Notes under the pieces: generated by a model
What the model was told of the DNA's origin: nothing
The model's database searches: none
What the model saw: the letters and a program-made list of their open reading frames with translations, nothing else
Shown here: positions 28,799-38,152 of the stretch, one piece after another
Layout: each line of letters starts with the position of its first letter
Position numbering within the stretch: the stretch's first letter is position 1
DNA from: Acidobacteriaceae bacterium
Lineage (GTDB): Bacteria; Acidobacteriota; Terriglobia; Terriglobales; Acidobacteriaceae
Length of the DNA stretch: 64,000 nucleotides
Assembly: GCA_036498835.1 (NCBI GenBank)
Contig: DASYEV010000002.1
Coordinates: 1,763-65,762 of the forward strand
Reading direction: 5' to 3'
Made by a program: the position numbers and the translations under genes

Positions 28799-29775
28799 TC
28801 GATCGTGAGGTTCTACTCGAGGCCATTGCTCACTGCCTGACGGAAAGCAATCTGCCACTGCCTGCGAAGTATGCGGGCAAGGTGCGCGACACTTATGATC
28901 TCGATCCGGGCAAACCTCAGGGTCGCCTGCTGCTGGTAACAACCGACCGGCAGAGCGGATTCGACCGCATGCTGGGCGCGATTCCGTACAAGGGCCAGGT
29001 GCTGAACCGCACGTCGTTGTACTGGTTTGAGCAAACGAAGAACATCATCGCCAACCATGTCATCGGAAGCCCGCATGCGAATGCATTGCTGGCGCGCAAG
29101 TGCCGTGTGCTGCCGATTGAATTTGTGGTCCGCGGGTATATGACCGGGTCGACGGATACCTCGATCTGGACGCAGTACGCCAAGGGCGCGCGGCAGTATT
29201 GCGGCCACGTACTGCCGGAAGGCATGAGCAAGAATCAGCCGCTTCCGCACAACCTGGTTACGCCGACCACGAAGGAAAAGCTGCATGACCGGCCCATCAC
29301 CGCGGAAGAGATTGTTGCCGAAGGTTGGCTGACGAAGGATGAGTGGGAGTTTGCTTCGACGAAGGCGCTGGAGCTGTTTACTTTTGGACAGCGGCTGGCG
29401 GCAGAACGCGGTTTGATCCTCGTCGACACCAAGTACGAGTTTGGCGTGGATTCGGACGGCAACATTCTGCTCATCGATGAGATCCATACGCCCGATTCAA
29501 GCCGCTACTGGCTGGCTGGAACCTATGCCATGCGGCTGGCGGAAGGCAAAGAGCCGGACATGATCGACAAGGAGTTCTTCCGGTTGTGGTTCCGTGAGCG
29601 CTGCGACCCGTATAAGGACCCGGTGCTGCCTACACCGCCGGATGATCTGATCGCGGAACTGGCATCACGTTACATACTGCTGTTTGAGACCATCACCGGA
29701 CAGGCGTTTGAACCCGATCTCCGGCCCCTGGATGCGACCGTGCTGGCGGCTCTGCAGGCGGACGCTTCGGAATGA
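28795..29775 (+). CDS. purC: SAICAR synthase
   Basis: GKVRDTY, TDRQSGFD, IPYKGQVLN, VDTKYEFG and DEIHTPDSSRYW. GTG start overlaps the purM stop after an AAGGAGG RBS. Confidence 0.95.
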   Translation: MIDREVLLEAIAHCLTESNLPLPAKYAGKVRDTYDLDPGKPQGRLLLVTTDRQSGFDRMLGAIPYKGQVLNRTSLYWFEQTKNIIANHVIGSPHANALLARKCRVLPIEFVVRGYMTGSTDTSIWTQYAKGARQYCGHVLPEGMSKNQPLPHNLVTPTTKEKLHDRPITAEEIVAEGWLTKDEWEFASTKALELFTFGQRLAAERGLILVDTKYEFGVDSDGNILLIDEIHTPDSSRYWLAGTYAMRLAEGKEPDMIDKEFFRLWFRERCDPYKDPVLPTPPDDLIAELASRYILLFETITGQAFEPDLRPLDATVLAALQADASE

Positions 29776-31094
29776 AAGAAGCGATTCTCATTGTCGGCTC
29801 GGGAGCGCGTGAGCATGCCATCGCTGCGTCGCTGGCGCGGTCTCCGCAGAAGCCCGACCTGCTTTGTTTCGGCGCCACGCGCAATCCCGGGATCGAACCG
29901 CTTTGCCGCGCGTATGCGACGGGCAGCGTGACCGATGCCAAAGCGATTGTGACCTTCGCCGGGTTGCACAACGCAACGCTGGCGGTCATCGGGCCGGAAG
30001 CTCCGCTGGCTGCGGGTGTTGCCGACGCGTTGTGGGCCGCGAATGTACCGGTTGTGGGGCCACGTGAGAAGCTCGCCCAGATTGAAGCCAGCAAGAGCTT
30101 CACACGCGAGCTGCTGGTGAAGTACGGGATTCCCGGCAACCCCTTCTTCCAGCGGTTTGAGTCCATGCATAGCGTGGAGGATGTGCTGACGCGCTATGCC
30201 GCACAACACGTAGTGAAGGATGACGGCCTCGCCGGTGGCAAGGGCGTGAAGGTCTGGGGCGATCATCTGCTCACCCACGAAGACTCGGTTGCGTATTGCC
30301 AGGAACTCGCTGAAGCCGGACGCCCTTTTGTTATCGAAGAGAAACTCGAAGGCGAAGAGTTCTCGCTGCTGAGCTTCTGTGATGGCACTACGTTGCGTCA
30401 CATGCCTGCCGTCCAGGACCACAAGCGCGCCTATGAAGGCGACAAGGGGCCGAACACCGGTGGCATGGGGACATATACCGATGCCGATGGCAAGCTTCCG
30501 TTCCTGACGCAAGCGGATATTGAAGCGGCTCAGAGCATCAACGAGCGTGTGGTGAAAGCGCTGGCGGAGGAGTGCGGCGCTCCGTATCAGGGCTTTCTGT
30601 ATGGCGGATTTATGGCCACACGCGATGGCGTTCGCCTGATTGAATACAACGCACGCTTTGGCGACCCCGAAGCTTTGAATCTCCTTACGCTTCTCGAAAC
30701 GGATTTTGTCGCGGTCTGCCGTGCCATTGTGGATGGAACACTCGGCGAAGTGCCGGTTACGTTCGCGCCGCAGGCCAGCGTCTGCAAATACGTGGTGCCG
30801 GAAGGCTATCCGGTAGATACTCGCCAGGGAGACGCAGTGGTGATGCCGCAAGGGATTCCCGACAACGTGACAACGTATTTCGGTGGTGTGATCGAGAAGA
30901 ACGGCGGTCTGGTCGTGGCCGGGACGCGCGCGGTTGGTTTTGTAGGTCGCGCTGCAACCATTGCGGAAGCGGAAGCATTGTGCGAGCGCTTCGCCGCACA
31001 GGTACCGGGAAGATTCTTCCATCGCACCGACATCGGGACGGAAGCTGCCATTGCAAATCGCGTAGCGCACATGCGCACATTGAGGCAGGCATGA
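29772..31094 (+). CDS. purD: Phosphoribosylamine--glycine ligase
   Basis: GSGAREHA, IGPEAPL, GLAGGKGV, EEKLEGEEFS, QDHKRAYEGDKGPNTGGMG and EYNARFGDPE. Confidence 0.96.
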   Translation: MKEAILIVGSGAREHAIAASLARSPQKPDLLCFGATRNPGIEPLCRAYATGSVTDAKAIVTFAGLHNATLAVIGPEAPLAAGVADALWAANVPVVGPREKLAQIEASKSFTRELLVKYGIPGNPFFQRFESMHSVEDVLTRYAAQHVVKDDGLAGGKGVKVWGDHLLTHEDSVAYCQELAEAGRPFVIEEKLEGEEFSLLSFCDGTTLRHMPAVQDHKRAYEGDKGPNTGGMGTYTDADGKLPFLTQADIEAAQSINERVVKALAEECGAPYQGFLYGGFMATRDGVRLIEYNARFGDPEALNLLTLLETDFVAVCRAIVDGTLGEVPVTFAPQASVCKYVVPEGYPVDTRQGDAVVMPQGIPDNVTTYFGGVIEKNGGLVVAGTRAVGFVGRAATIAEAEALCERFAAQVPGRFFHRTDIGTEAAIANRVAHMRTLRQA

Positions 31095-31666
31095 ATCTCA
31101 AGGTAGGTGTGCTGGGTTCAACACGTGGCACTGCGCTTGCGGGCGTGATCGATGCAATCGAAGTCGGTGACCTGGACGTTGAGATTGTTCTGATCGTTTC
31201 CGACAAAGCGACCGCTCCGATCCTGCAGCGCGCGGCGAAACATGGGCTGCAGGCACGGTACATCGATCCGGCGGGGTTGACGCGCGAGGAGTATGACGCG
31301 GAAGTCACCAAGGCGTTGCGTGTCGCGGGTGTCGAACTTGTGCTGCTGGTCGGCTATATGCGCATCGTTTCGGACAGCTTCGTCGAGGCGTGGCGCGGAC
31401 GCATGCTGAATGTTCATCCGTCGCTGCTACCGGCGTTCGGCGGCCTCATGAACAAGAAGGTGCATGAGGCGGTGCTGGCCAGTGGCGTTACCGAAACCGG
31501 ATGCACCATCCATCAGGTGACGGAAGAAGTCGATGGCGGTGAGATCGTATTGCAGAAGCGCTGTGCGGTGCTTCCCGGTGATACGGTGGATACGTTGAAA
31601 GACCGCGTGCAGGCGCTGGAGCAGGAAGCGTTTGTGGAAGTCTTGCGTACTTGGAGGGCGGAGTGA
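31091..31666 (+). CDS. purN: Phosphoribosylglycinamide formyltransferase
   Basis: [23 protein letters not shown] and [17 protein letters not shown] at 31091. Confidence 0.94.
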   Translation: MNLKVGVLGSTRGTALAGVIDAIEVGDLDVEIVLIVSDKATAPILQRAAKHGLQARYIDPAGLTREEYDAEVTKALRVAGVELVLLVGYMRIVSDSFVEAWRGRMLNVHPSLLPAFGGLMNKKVHEAVLASGVTETGCTIHQVTEEVDGGEIVLQKRCAVLPGDTVDTLKDRVQALEQEAFVEVLRTWRAE

Positions 31667-32160
31667 CCCAGGAAGCTGTTGTAGTAGGCATCGTCATGGG
31701 ATCGCGCTCGGATTGGGCGACGATGCAGGCGGCCGCGACGATGCTGGATGAACTAGGCGTCCGTTATGAGGCCGAAGTTGTCTCGGCGCATCGCACCCCC
31801 GACAAGATGATGCAGTATGCGGAAGCCGCCGAGTCCCGCGGCCTGAAGGTCATCATTGCCGGCGCAGGCGGGGCAGCGCATCTGCCCGGAATGATTGCCG
31901 CCAAGACCCGCCTTCCTGTACTGGGTGTTCCGGTGAAGAGCGAGGCGCTGAACGGGCTCGACAGCCTGCTGTCCATTGTGCAGATGCCGGGTGGAGTGCC
32001 CGTCGCGACCTTTGCCATCGGTGTAGCGGGAGCGAAGAATGCAGGGCTGTTTGCCGCGGGCATTCTGGCGCTGCAGGATGAGACGTTGGCGAAGAAGCTC
32101 CAGGCATTTCGCGATACTCAAACCGAAACTGTACTTGCGAGCTCCGATCCACGCGCATGA
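31663..32160 (+). CDS. purE: N5-CAIR mutase
   Basis: [24 protein letters not shown] and [16 protein letters not shown] at 31663. Confidence 0.96.
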   Translation: MTQEAVVVGIVMGSRSDWATMQAAATMLDELGVRYEAEVVSAHRTPDKMMQYAEAAESRGLKVIIAGAGGAAHLPGMIAAKTRLPVLGVPVKSEALNGLDSLLSIVQMPGGVPVATFAIGVAGAKNAGLFAAGILALQDETLAKKLQAFRDTQTETVLASSDPRA

Positions 32161-33239
32161 AGGACGAGTCGCCGCAGCGTGTGGGGATATTGGGCGCGGG
32201 CCAACTCGCGCTCATGCTGGCGCAGGCGTCCGAACGGCTCGATCTTGAAGTGCTGTGCGCAGGCCAGGACGGCGACTGTGCGGAACAGGCTGCGCCGGTA
32301 CTGCAGGTTGAGTTGAATCGCGCGGCGGAAGTTGCGGCGTTTGCGAAACGCGCCGATTTGGTTACGGTCGAAAGCGAAAACATCGATGCCTCCGTACTGC
32401 ATGGCCTGGAGCTTTATCCGAATGCCCACGCCATCGGCATTGCCCAGGACCGTCTGCTGGAAAAGCGCTTTTTTGGGCAATGCGGCATCCAGGTAGCTCC
32501 GTTTGCCGCAGTCGATTCGCTCGATGATCTGAAGCAGGCACTCGCCCAGATTGGTTTGCCCGCAATCCTCAAGACGCGCCGCATGGGTTATGACGGCAAA
32601 GGCCAGGTTCGGCTTCAACACCTTGAAGAAGCTGCGGGTGCCTGGGATGCAGTCGATCAGGTGCCTTCCATTCTGGAAGGGATGGTGCGGTTCGATACGG
32701 AAGTGTCGATGATCGCGGTTCGCGGCCGCACGGGCGACACGGCGTTCTATCCACTGGTTGAAAACTTCCATCGTGATGGCATCCTGCGAAAGTCCATCGC
32801 GCCCTACGCTCGCGCATCCGAATTGCAGGAGCAGGCGGAAGCCTACCTGCGTGTTCTGCTGGAACAGTTGGAGTACGTCGGCGTCTTGACGGTCGAGTTC
32901 TTTGTGCAGGGTGAGCGGTTGATTGCCAATGAGATGGCGCCGCGTGTGCACAACTCCGGCCACTGGACCATTGAGGGATCGGTCTCTTCGCAGTTCGAAA
33001 ACCATCTTCGCGCCATTGCCGGACTTCCGTTGGGAAGCACGGAAAGCCTGCCCATGGTCATGCTCAACTGCATTGGCTGGATGCCGCCTTTGGCGGAGAC
33101 GGAAGGGTGCCCTTCGCTGCTGCGCCACGACTACGGCAAAGACCCGCGACCCGGACGCAAGGTTGGACATCTCACCTTTCCCGCTTCTGCGGAGAAGGAC
33201 ATTGCGGAGTGGGAAGCGCGCCTGGCGCAGCATGGTTAA
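32157..33239 (+). CDS. purK: N5-CAIR synthase
   Basis: [50 protein letters not shown] and RPGRKVGH. Confidence 0.95.
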   Translation: MKDESPQRVGILGAGQLALMLAQASERLDLEVLCAGQDGDCAEQAAPVLQVELNRAAEVAAFAKRADLVTVESENIDASVLHGLELYPNAHAIGIAQDRLLEKRFFGQCGIQVAPFAAVDSLDDLKQALAQIGLPAILKTRRMGYDGKGQVRLQHLEEAAGAWDAVDQVPSILEGMVRFDTEVSMIAVRGRTGDTAFYPLVENFHRDGILRKSIAPYARASELQEQAEAYLRVLLEQLEYVGVLTVEFFVQGERLIANEMAPRVHNSGHWTIEGSVSSQFENHLRAIAGLPLGSTESLPMVMLNCIGWMPPLAETEGCPSLLRHDYGKDPRPGRKVGHLTFPASAEKDIAEWEARLAQHG

Positions 33240-33307
33240 GCCCCAGGCCTTTCAAGGTGTCTGCCTCATAGTGAAAACGCCACGTGAGAGCGCCGCGCGA
33301 GGTCTTT

Positions 33308-33513
33308 GTTTTGCTTAAGGACACGGGTTCACCCGTGTCGTAGGTTGCGGGAAGATCGCGGCTTGAGCCGCTGAGGTACCCGTATCAAGCTTGAGAAGAC
33401 GCTGGAGTCGCAGTGAGGTGCTGTGGCCGCCTTGGAACGGTTTCCTCCGGGGCTGAAGCCCGCGTCGTTTTAAGTTTGAACGTCACGGGTGAACCCGTGA
33501 CCTTAAGCAAAAC
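33308..33513. repeat. ~205-bp REP composite with 19/20-bp terminal inverted repeats
   Basis: Left GTTTTGCTTAAGGACACGGG versus reverse complement of the right end GTTTTGCTTAAGGTCACGGG. Internal palindromes CACGGG....CCCGTG (twice), GCGGCTTGAGCCGC and GGGCTGAAGCCC. Confidence 0.75.
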
Positions 33514-33580
33514 GATCTGGTACCGCAAACACCTCCAAGCTTCCATCGGATAAAGTTCGTGACCTTGAAAGGGCTGTGGC

Positions 33581-33696
33581 TAGAGCAGTTCCGGTAATGG
33601 TGTAGACCGAAGAGATGGTGCTGAAGCCGTTTTCTCCCAATGAAAACGGCATTCTCCACCGTTCGGGAAGACCACAGTATTACCGGAACCGCTCTA
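33581..33696. mobile_element. 116-bp MITE, TAGAGC family (subtype A)
   Basis: TIRs TAGAGCAGTTCCGGTAAT / ATTACCGGAACCGCTCTA. Near-identical to 45777-45892. Confidence 0.85.
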
Positions 33697-33929
33697 AGCC
33701 CCCTCTCTTGCATCGTGAGAAGAAATTTTCGTCACAGCCCTGTGAACATGCGGGCTCGCGTGCTGTACAGTAGCTACATCACCTTGCAATCTGCGGGCTT
33801 TTCCTTACATCACCTCGCGCGATAAGCGTCTTCGTCTATCTGTTTCGCGAGTCAAAAGCTTTCTCTCACCGGCGCTCGCCGGTGTTTCGCGGCGTTGTCT
33901 CTCACAGAGAAGCAGCGCTTCACGATGTT

Positions 33930-34043
33930 CCCAGCGGTTTCGGTAAGGGAGTAGCCGGAACAAAGAGTGCTGAAGTCCTTTTCTTGCAAGGAAATGACCT
34001 TCTCCGCTCTTCGTAAGGCCACAGTATTACCGAATCCGCTCTA
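33930..34043. mobile_element. Degenerate ~114-bp MITE, TAGAGC family (subtype A)
   Basis: AGCGGTTTCGGTAA...GTGCTGAAG...CCACAGTATTACCGAATCCGCTCTA aligns to 33581-33696. Confidence 0.7.
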
Positions 34044-34064
34044 ACCATGGAGGGTTAAGCGAGC

Positions 34065-35771
34065 ATGGGTTTTACACGACGGGATTTCCTGATGAAGGTC
34101 GGAAACGCGGGCGGATACAGCGCGGCGTTTCTCGCAATGCAGGGCCTTGGGCTGGTGGAAAGCAAGGCCGCTGCGCAGCCGGTGATCGAGGCCGCCCCAG
34201 GATCGGGGAAGGGCACGAAGGTTGTGGTGCTGGGTGGCGGGATTGCGGGCCTGGTGGCGGCCTATGAGCTGCGCGCGCTGGGCTACGAAGTGACGGTGCT
34301 TGAGGCACGTTCGCGCCCCGGCGGGCGTAACTGGACGGTGCGCGGCGGCGACAAGGTGACGTTCACGGACGGCACAACGCAGCAATGTACGTGGCAGGAG
34401 GGCCACTACCAGAACTTCGGTCCGGCTCGCCTGCCATCTATCCATCCCAACATCCTGGGCTACTGCCGCAAGCTGGGTGTGGAGCTCCAAGTTGAAGTGA
34501 ACATGACCAACTCCGCACACCTGCAGAACGATAACGCCAACGACGGCAAGCCGGAAGTGATGCGGCGCGTGGTGAACGATGCTCGCGGTCATGTCAGCGA
34601 ATTGTTGATGAAGTGCATGAATACCGGCGCGCTGGATGCCGACTTCAGCGGCCAGGACCGGGACAAGATGCTGGCGTTCCTGCGTATGTATGGTCCCCTG
34701 GACAGCGCAGGCAAATACGTTGGCAGCGACCGGGCGGGCTACGTGAAGACGGCGGGGGCAGGCGATGAAACCGGCGTGTTGAATCAGCCGATCGACATGC
34801 ACACGCTGCTGGATGAAAATTTCTGGCAGGGCATGATGTTCGACCAGCAGTTCGATATGCAGGCGACCATGTTCCAGCCGGTCGGCGGTATGGACCGCAT
34901 CCCCTATGCGTTCGCGAAGTCACTGGGCTCCATCGTGAAGTTCGACGCGCCCGTGACCGAGATTCGCAAAACCGCGAAGGGCGTGAAGGTTTCCTACAAG
35001 GAAAAGGGCGCGGCCAAGATGATCGAAGCGGATTACTGCATGTGCGCCATGCCGCTGACGATCCTCAAGACGATTCCCAACGACTTCAGTGAGCCCTATC
35101 AAAAGGTCATCGCTGAATGCACCTATGCCAGCGCCTACAAGGTGGCCTGGGAGAGCCGCAGGTTCTGGGAGCAGGACTACAACATCTACGGCGGCCTGGA
35201 GTTCTGCAGCGTCGGTTGCAGCCCCATCTGGTTCCCGTCGGCAAGCCTGTTCGCCGACCGCGGCGTCGTGGTGAGCGGTTATACCGATGAAACCAACAGC
35301 CCCTTCGGCAAACTCTCGATACCGGAGAAGTTTGAGGAAAGCCGTAAGTCGATTGAGCGCCTGCATCCCGGTCACGGGAAGGAACTCGAGAAGCCGATGT
35401 ATGTGGGCTGGGGCAAGGTGCCGTACAACGAGGGCTCCTGGATTCGCAGCTATTCCCCCAATCAACCGCGACGCGGTGGTAACTCCGTGACCACCCAACC
35501 GGGCGCGGGCGGTGGGCAGGCTCCGGGCATGACGCAGGCACGCAGCACAGGTGGCGCACAACAGCCGGCCGCGGCTCGTACACAATCGAACCCGGGCTAT
35601 GACACGCTCACGCAACCGGATGGGCGCGTTATCTTTATCGGCGATCACGTGAGCCACATCGTGGCGTGGCAGGAAGGCGCGGCGGTCAGCGCGCTGCGCG
35701 GCGTCAAGCTACTCAGCGAACAGGTCAAGGCTGCACGTCTGGCCACTACCAGTGATAGCGTTTCAGCATAA
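34065..35771 (+). CDS. Tat-exported flavin amine/L-amino-acid oxidase (monoamine oxidase family)
   Basis: Twin-arginine TRRDFLMK, FAD motif VVVLGGGIAGLVAAYEL, EARSRPGGR, NFGPARLP, FQPVGGMD and IFIGDHVSHIVAWQEGA. Confidence 0.88.
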   Translation: MGFTRRDFLMKVGNAGGYSAAFLAMQGLGLVESKAAAQPVIEAAPGSGKGTKVVVLGGGIAGLVAAYELRALGYEVTVLEARSRPGGRNWTVRGGDKVTFTDGTTQQCTWQEGHYQNFGPARLPSIHPNILGYCRKLGVELQVEVNMTNSAHLQNDNANDGKPEVMRRVVNDARGHVSELLMKCMNTGALDADFSGQDRDKMLAFLRMYGPLDSAGKYVGSDRAGYVKTAGAGDETGVLNQPIDMHTLLDENFWQGMMFDQQFDMQATMFQPVGGMDRIPYAFAKSLGSIVKFDAPVTEIRKTAKGVKVSYKEKGAAKMIEADYCMCAMPLTILKTIPNDFSEPYQKVIAECTYASAYKVAWESRRFWEQDYNIYGGLEFCSVGCSPIWFPSASLFADRGVVVSGYTDETNSPFGKLSIPEKFEESRKSIERLHPGHGKELEKPMYVGWGKVPYNEGSWIRSYSPNQPRRGGNSVTTQPGAGGGQAPGMTQARSTGGAQQPAAARTQSNPGYDTLTQPDGRVIFIGDHVSHIVAWQEGAAVSALRGVKLLSEQVKAARLATTSDSVSA

Positions 35772-35820
35772 CCAGCAAACTCGTAACCAACAAGCAGCAG
35801 GAACGAACAAGGAGAATGCG

Positions 35821-36309
35821 ATGAAGATTTTTCGAGCAGTAGTTCTGGCGGGCGCGGTGTTGGGCGCTGCGTGTGCAGCGCAGGCGCAAACCGTAGTGAA
35901 GCATATCCAGACCGAGAAGGGTGCGATCGCCACGGGCGTGTGGGCGGGTGACACCTACTACCTGAGCGGACAGCTTGCCAGCCCGGTCACCCCGGCAGAC
36001 GCGGCCAAGGGAACTCCAGCCGACTACGGAGATACCAAGACGCAGGCTGCCAGTGTGTTTGCGAAAATTCAGAAGGCCCTGCAGGAGCAGGGGCTGGACA
36101 TGAAGGACGTGGTGAAGATGACCGTGTTCCTCGGGCCCGATCCCAAGACCGGCAAGCTCGACTTCGCCGGCATGCAATCTGAGTACGTCAAATATTTCGG
36201 CACCAAGGAGCAGCCCAACAAACCTGCACGCTCGGCTTTCCAGGTTGCAGCCTTGGCAGCTCCATGGGCATTGCTTGAAATTGAAGTGATCGCGGTGAAG
36301 GGCAAGTAA
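35821..36309 (+). CDS. Rid-family (YjgF/RidA) imine/enamine deaminase with a Sec signal peptide
   Basis: MKIFRAVVLAGAVLGAACAAQA-QTVV signal, YYLSGQ, DVVKMTVFL, PARS (catalytic Arg) and LEIEVIA. Confidence 0.88.
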   Translation: MKIFRAVVLAGAVLGAACAAQAQTVVKHIQTEKGAIATGVWAGDTYYLSGQLASPVTPADAAKGTPADYGDTKTQAASVFAKIQKALQEQGLDMKDVVKMTVFLGPDPKTGKLDFAGMQSEYVKYFGTKEQPNKPARSAFQVAALAAPWALLEIEVIAVKGK

Positions 36310-36380
36310 GACGATGGCGGCTCTGAGATCGTAATAGGGATGTAAGGTTCGTATAGATCGTAATTGCGACCACAAACCTA

Positions 36381-36567
36381 AGCGCCAAAGGCGCGCCGCT
36401 ATACCAGCCCAGGGCGAAGCCCTGGGTACCGAATCATTGTGAATTTGAGGGCTGAAGGCCCGATCTATAGTGACGCCACTATAGGTCGGGCCTTCAGCCC
36501 TCTATCTCTTAGGCCAACCTAACCCAGGCCTTCGGCCTGGGCTGGTATAGAACGCGCCTTCAGCGCT
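36381..36567. repeat. 187-bp nested-palindrome REPIN-like element, copy 1
   Basis: AGCGCCAAAGGCGCG-CTATACCAGCC-AGGGCGAAGCCC...GGGCTGAAGGCCCG...CGGGCCTTCAGCCC...GGCTGGTATAG-CGCGCCTTCAGCGCT. Recurs at 42452 and 57301. Confidence 0.9.
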
Positions 36568-36657
36568 ATCTGGTTCGACAGCAAGCCATATGAGACACAA
36601 CCGTTCTGTTCGGGGCGTCGTTGTGCGATGTTGAACATAGGATCCAAACGCGTTGAC

Positions 36658-36692
36658 AAAAAGGCTCCGGCGTTTGCCGGAGCCTTTCTTGT
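36658..36692. terminator. Bidirectional intrinsic terminator
   Basis: AAAAAGGCTCCGGC-GTTT-GCCGGAGCCTTTCTTG between convergent genes. Confidence 0.8.
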
Positions 36693-36703
36693 TTGTGTCC
36701 TGG

Positions 36704-37963
36704 TTACGCGAAGTGCGCGTAGGTAAGGGGATCCGCAAGATCATGCATCGGATCAGCACTATTCATCGCGACTGCGGGCGTGTCCATCACGGTCTTGAAC
36801 GCCGCTTTGAACTTCGCCATTTCCGTGGGTGTGCCCACGGAAACACGCACAGCCTGGGGCCATATGGGCCATGTGCGGCCGATATAGACCTTCTGCGCCT
36901 GCATCGCTTTGATCACGGACTTGCCATCGCGTCCGGTGTCGATCATGAAGCAGTTCGATTGCGACTCGCCGATCACCTTGTAGTTATTCGTCTTCAGCCA
37001 TGCCAGCGTGTCGCGGCGTGTGTCGCCGATGATCTTCTTGCGGGTTGGAATCAGGTCGGCATCTTCCAGCGAAACGCGCGCTGCCGCGGAACCGGTGATC
37101 GGCATGGCATTCTGTCCGAACGGCTGCAGCTTCGCGAGGAGGTCGGGGCGGGCTACTGCGAAGCCGCAGCGAATGCCGGCCATGCCGTAGATCTTGGAGA
37201 ACGTGCGCAGGACGATGAGGTCCTTGTCGGCTGCCACAAAGTCCAGCACATCCGGCGAGTCGGAGAGGTGAATGTAGGCTTCATCGACCAACAGGATCGA
37301 ACCCTTGGGTTTGTTCTCCAGTGCCCAGGCGATGTCCTCCTTGGTGGTGAGTGTGCCCGTGGGGTTGTTGGGGTTGCAGATGTACAGCACGCCGGCATTG
37401 GGGTCGGCAGCCACCATGGCCTTCACATCATGGGCATGGTTTGAGGTGAGAGGAACCTTGGAGATTTTCGCTTTGGCGACAGTCGCGGCGCGCATGCCTG
37501 CTTCATACGAAGGGTCCGCTGTCACAAAGCCGCGTGTCGGCGAAGTGAATGCCAGCACGCTGTAGTGCAGAGGCTCCGATGAGCCTGCATACACCGCGAT
37601 GTAGGACTCTTTGAGGTTGTGCTGCTCTGCGAAAGTTTTGGTGAGCTTGCCGGTTTCGCCGTAAATATCGTAGCGGCCTCCCATGGGTGCGATCGAAGCG
37701 ATGACTTCGCACGCGGCCTTACAAGGCCCCAGCGGGTTTTCATTGGCGTTGATCAGCACGGCGTCGGCGGGCATCGCCTGACGTGTACGGCGTGGTGTTG
37801 CGGCCTGCGCACCGGGGTCCATGGTGGCGCCGGGAATCTTGCCTTGTTGTGCGGCATAGGCGAAGTGGGCTTCAGTCAGGATGGGCGCTGCTGCGGCCAG
37901 CGCGGCATAGCGGAGAAATGTGCGGCGAGATTTAGCGTTGCCGGATGCTTCGAGCGGGTACAT
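36704..37963 (-). CDS. Tat-exported PLP-dependent aminotransferase (class I/II, HisC-like)
   Basis: SRRTFLRY twin-arginine signal, INANENPLGP, CNPNNPTG, LVDEAY and RTFSKIYGMAGIRCG (PLP Lys). Confidence 0.88.
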   Translation of the reverse strand: MYPLEASGNAKSRRTFLRYAALAAAAPILTEAHFAYAAQQGKIPGATMDPGAQAATPRRTRQAMPADAVLINANENPLGPCKAACEVIASIAPMGGRYDIYGETGKLTKTFAEQHNLKESYIAVYAGSSEPLHYSVLAFTSPTRGFVTADPSYEAGMRAATVAKAKISKVPLTSNHAHDVKAMVAADPNAGVLYICNPNNPTGTLTTKEDIAWALENKPKGSILLVDEAYIHLSDSPDVLDFVAADKDLIVLRTFSKIYGMAGIRCGFAVARPDLLAKLQPFGQNAMPITGSAAARVSLEDADLIPTRKKIIGDTRRDTLAWLKTNNYKVIGESQSNCFMIDTGRDGKSVIKAMQAQKVYIGRTWPIWPQAVRVSVGTPTEMAKFKAAFKTVMDTPAVAMNSADPMHDLADPLTYAHFA

Positions 37964-38124
37964 GAGATTCTCCTTCGTCGTTCGTGAATGGGGAACGCAA
38001 AAGCAACTATGTCAGTGATGCCTGTCAGGGACCAGCGAAACGCGGGAATGGAAACTTGGCGCTGCTTGTTGGAGTGAATGTAAATCAAAACTCGCTCAGC
38101 GCAATGCATTATTTTATTTTTCTG

Positions 38125-38152
38125 TTGACACGAAGTTCGCATGCGTCATACT
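38125..38152 (+). promoter_or_regulatory. Candidate sigma70 promoter TTGACA-N16-CATACT with an AT-rich upstream element
   Basis: Perfect -35, partial -10, preceded by ATTATTTTATTTTT. About 570 bp upstream of the TonB receptor start. Confidence 0.4.

Noticed and set aside
33483-33825. Short ORFs such as [19 protein letters not shown] (33640, 45836) and MENAVFIGRKRLQH (45604-45855)
   Set aside because: They are translations of MITE or REP sequence, not independent genes.
33855-33915. Glycine-riboswitch-like GAGAGA...CCG on the minus strand upstream of the oxidase
   Set aside because: Wrong strand for the oxidase, and it lacks the CCGAAG and CUCUCAGG elements.
36704-37963. Annotation as housekeeping hisC
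   Set aside because: It carries a Tat signal and has no his genes nearby; histidine biosynthesis is cytoplasmic.
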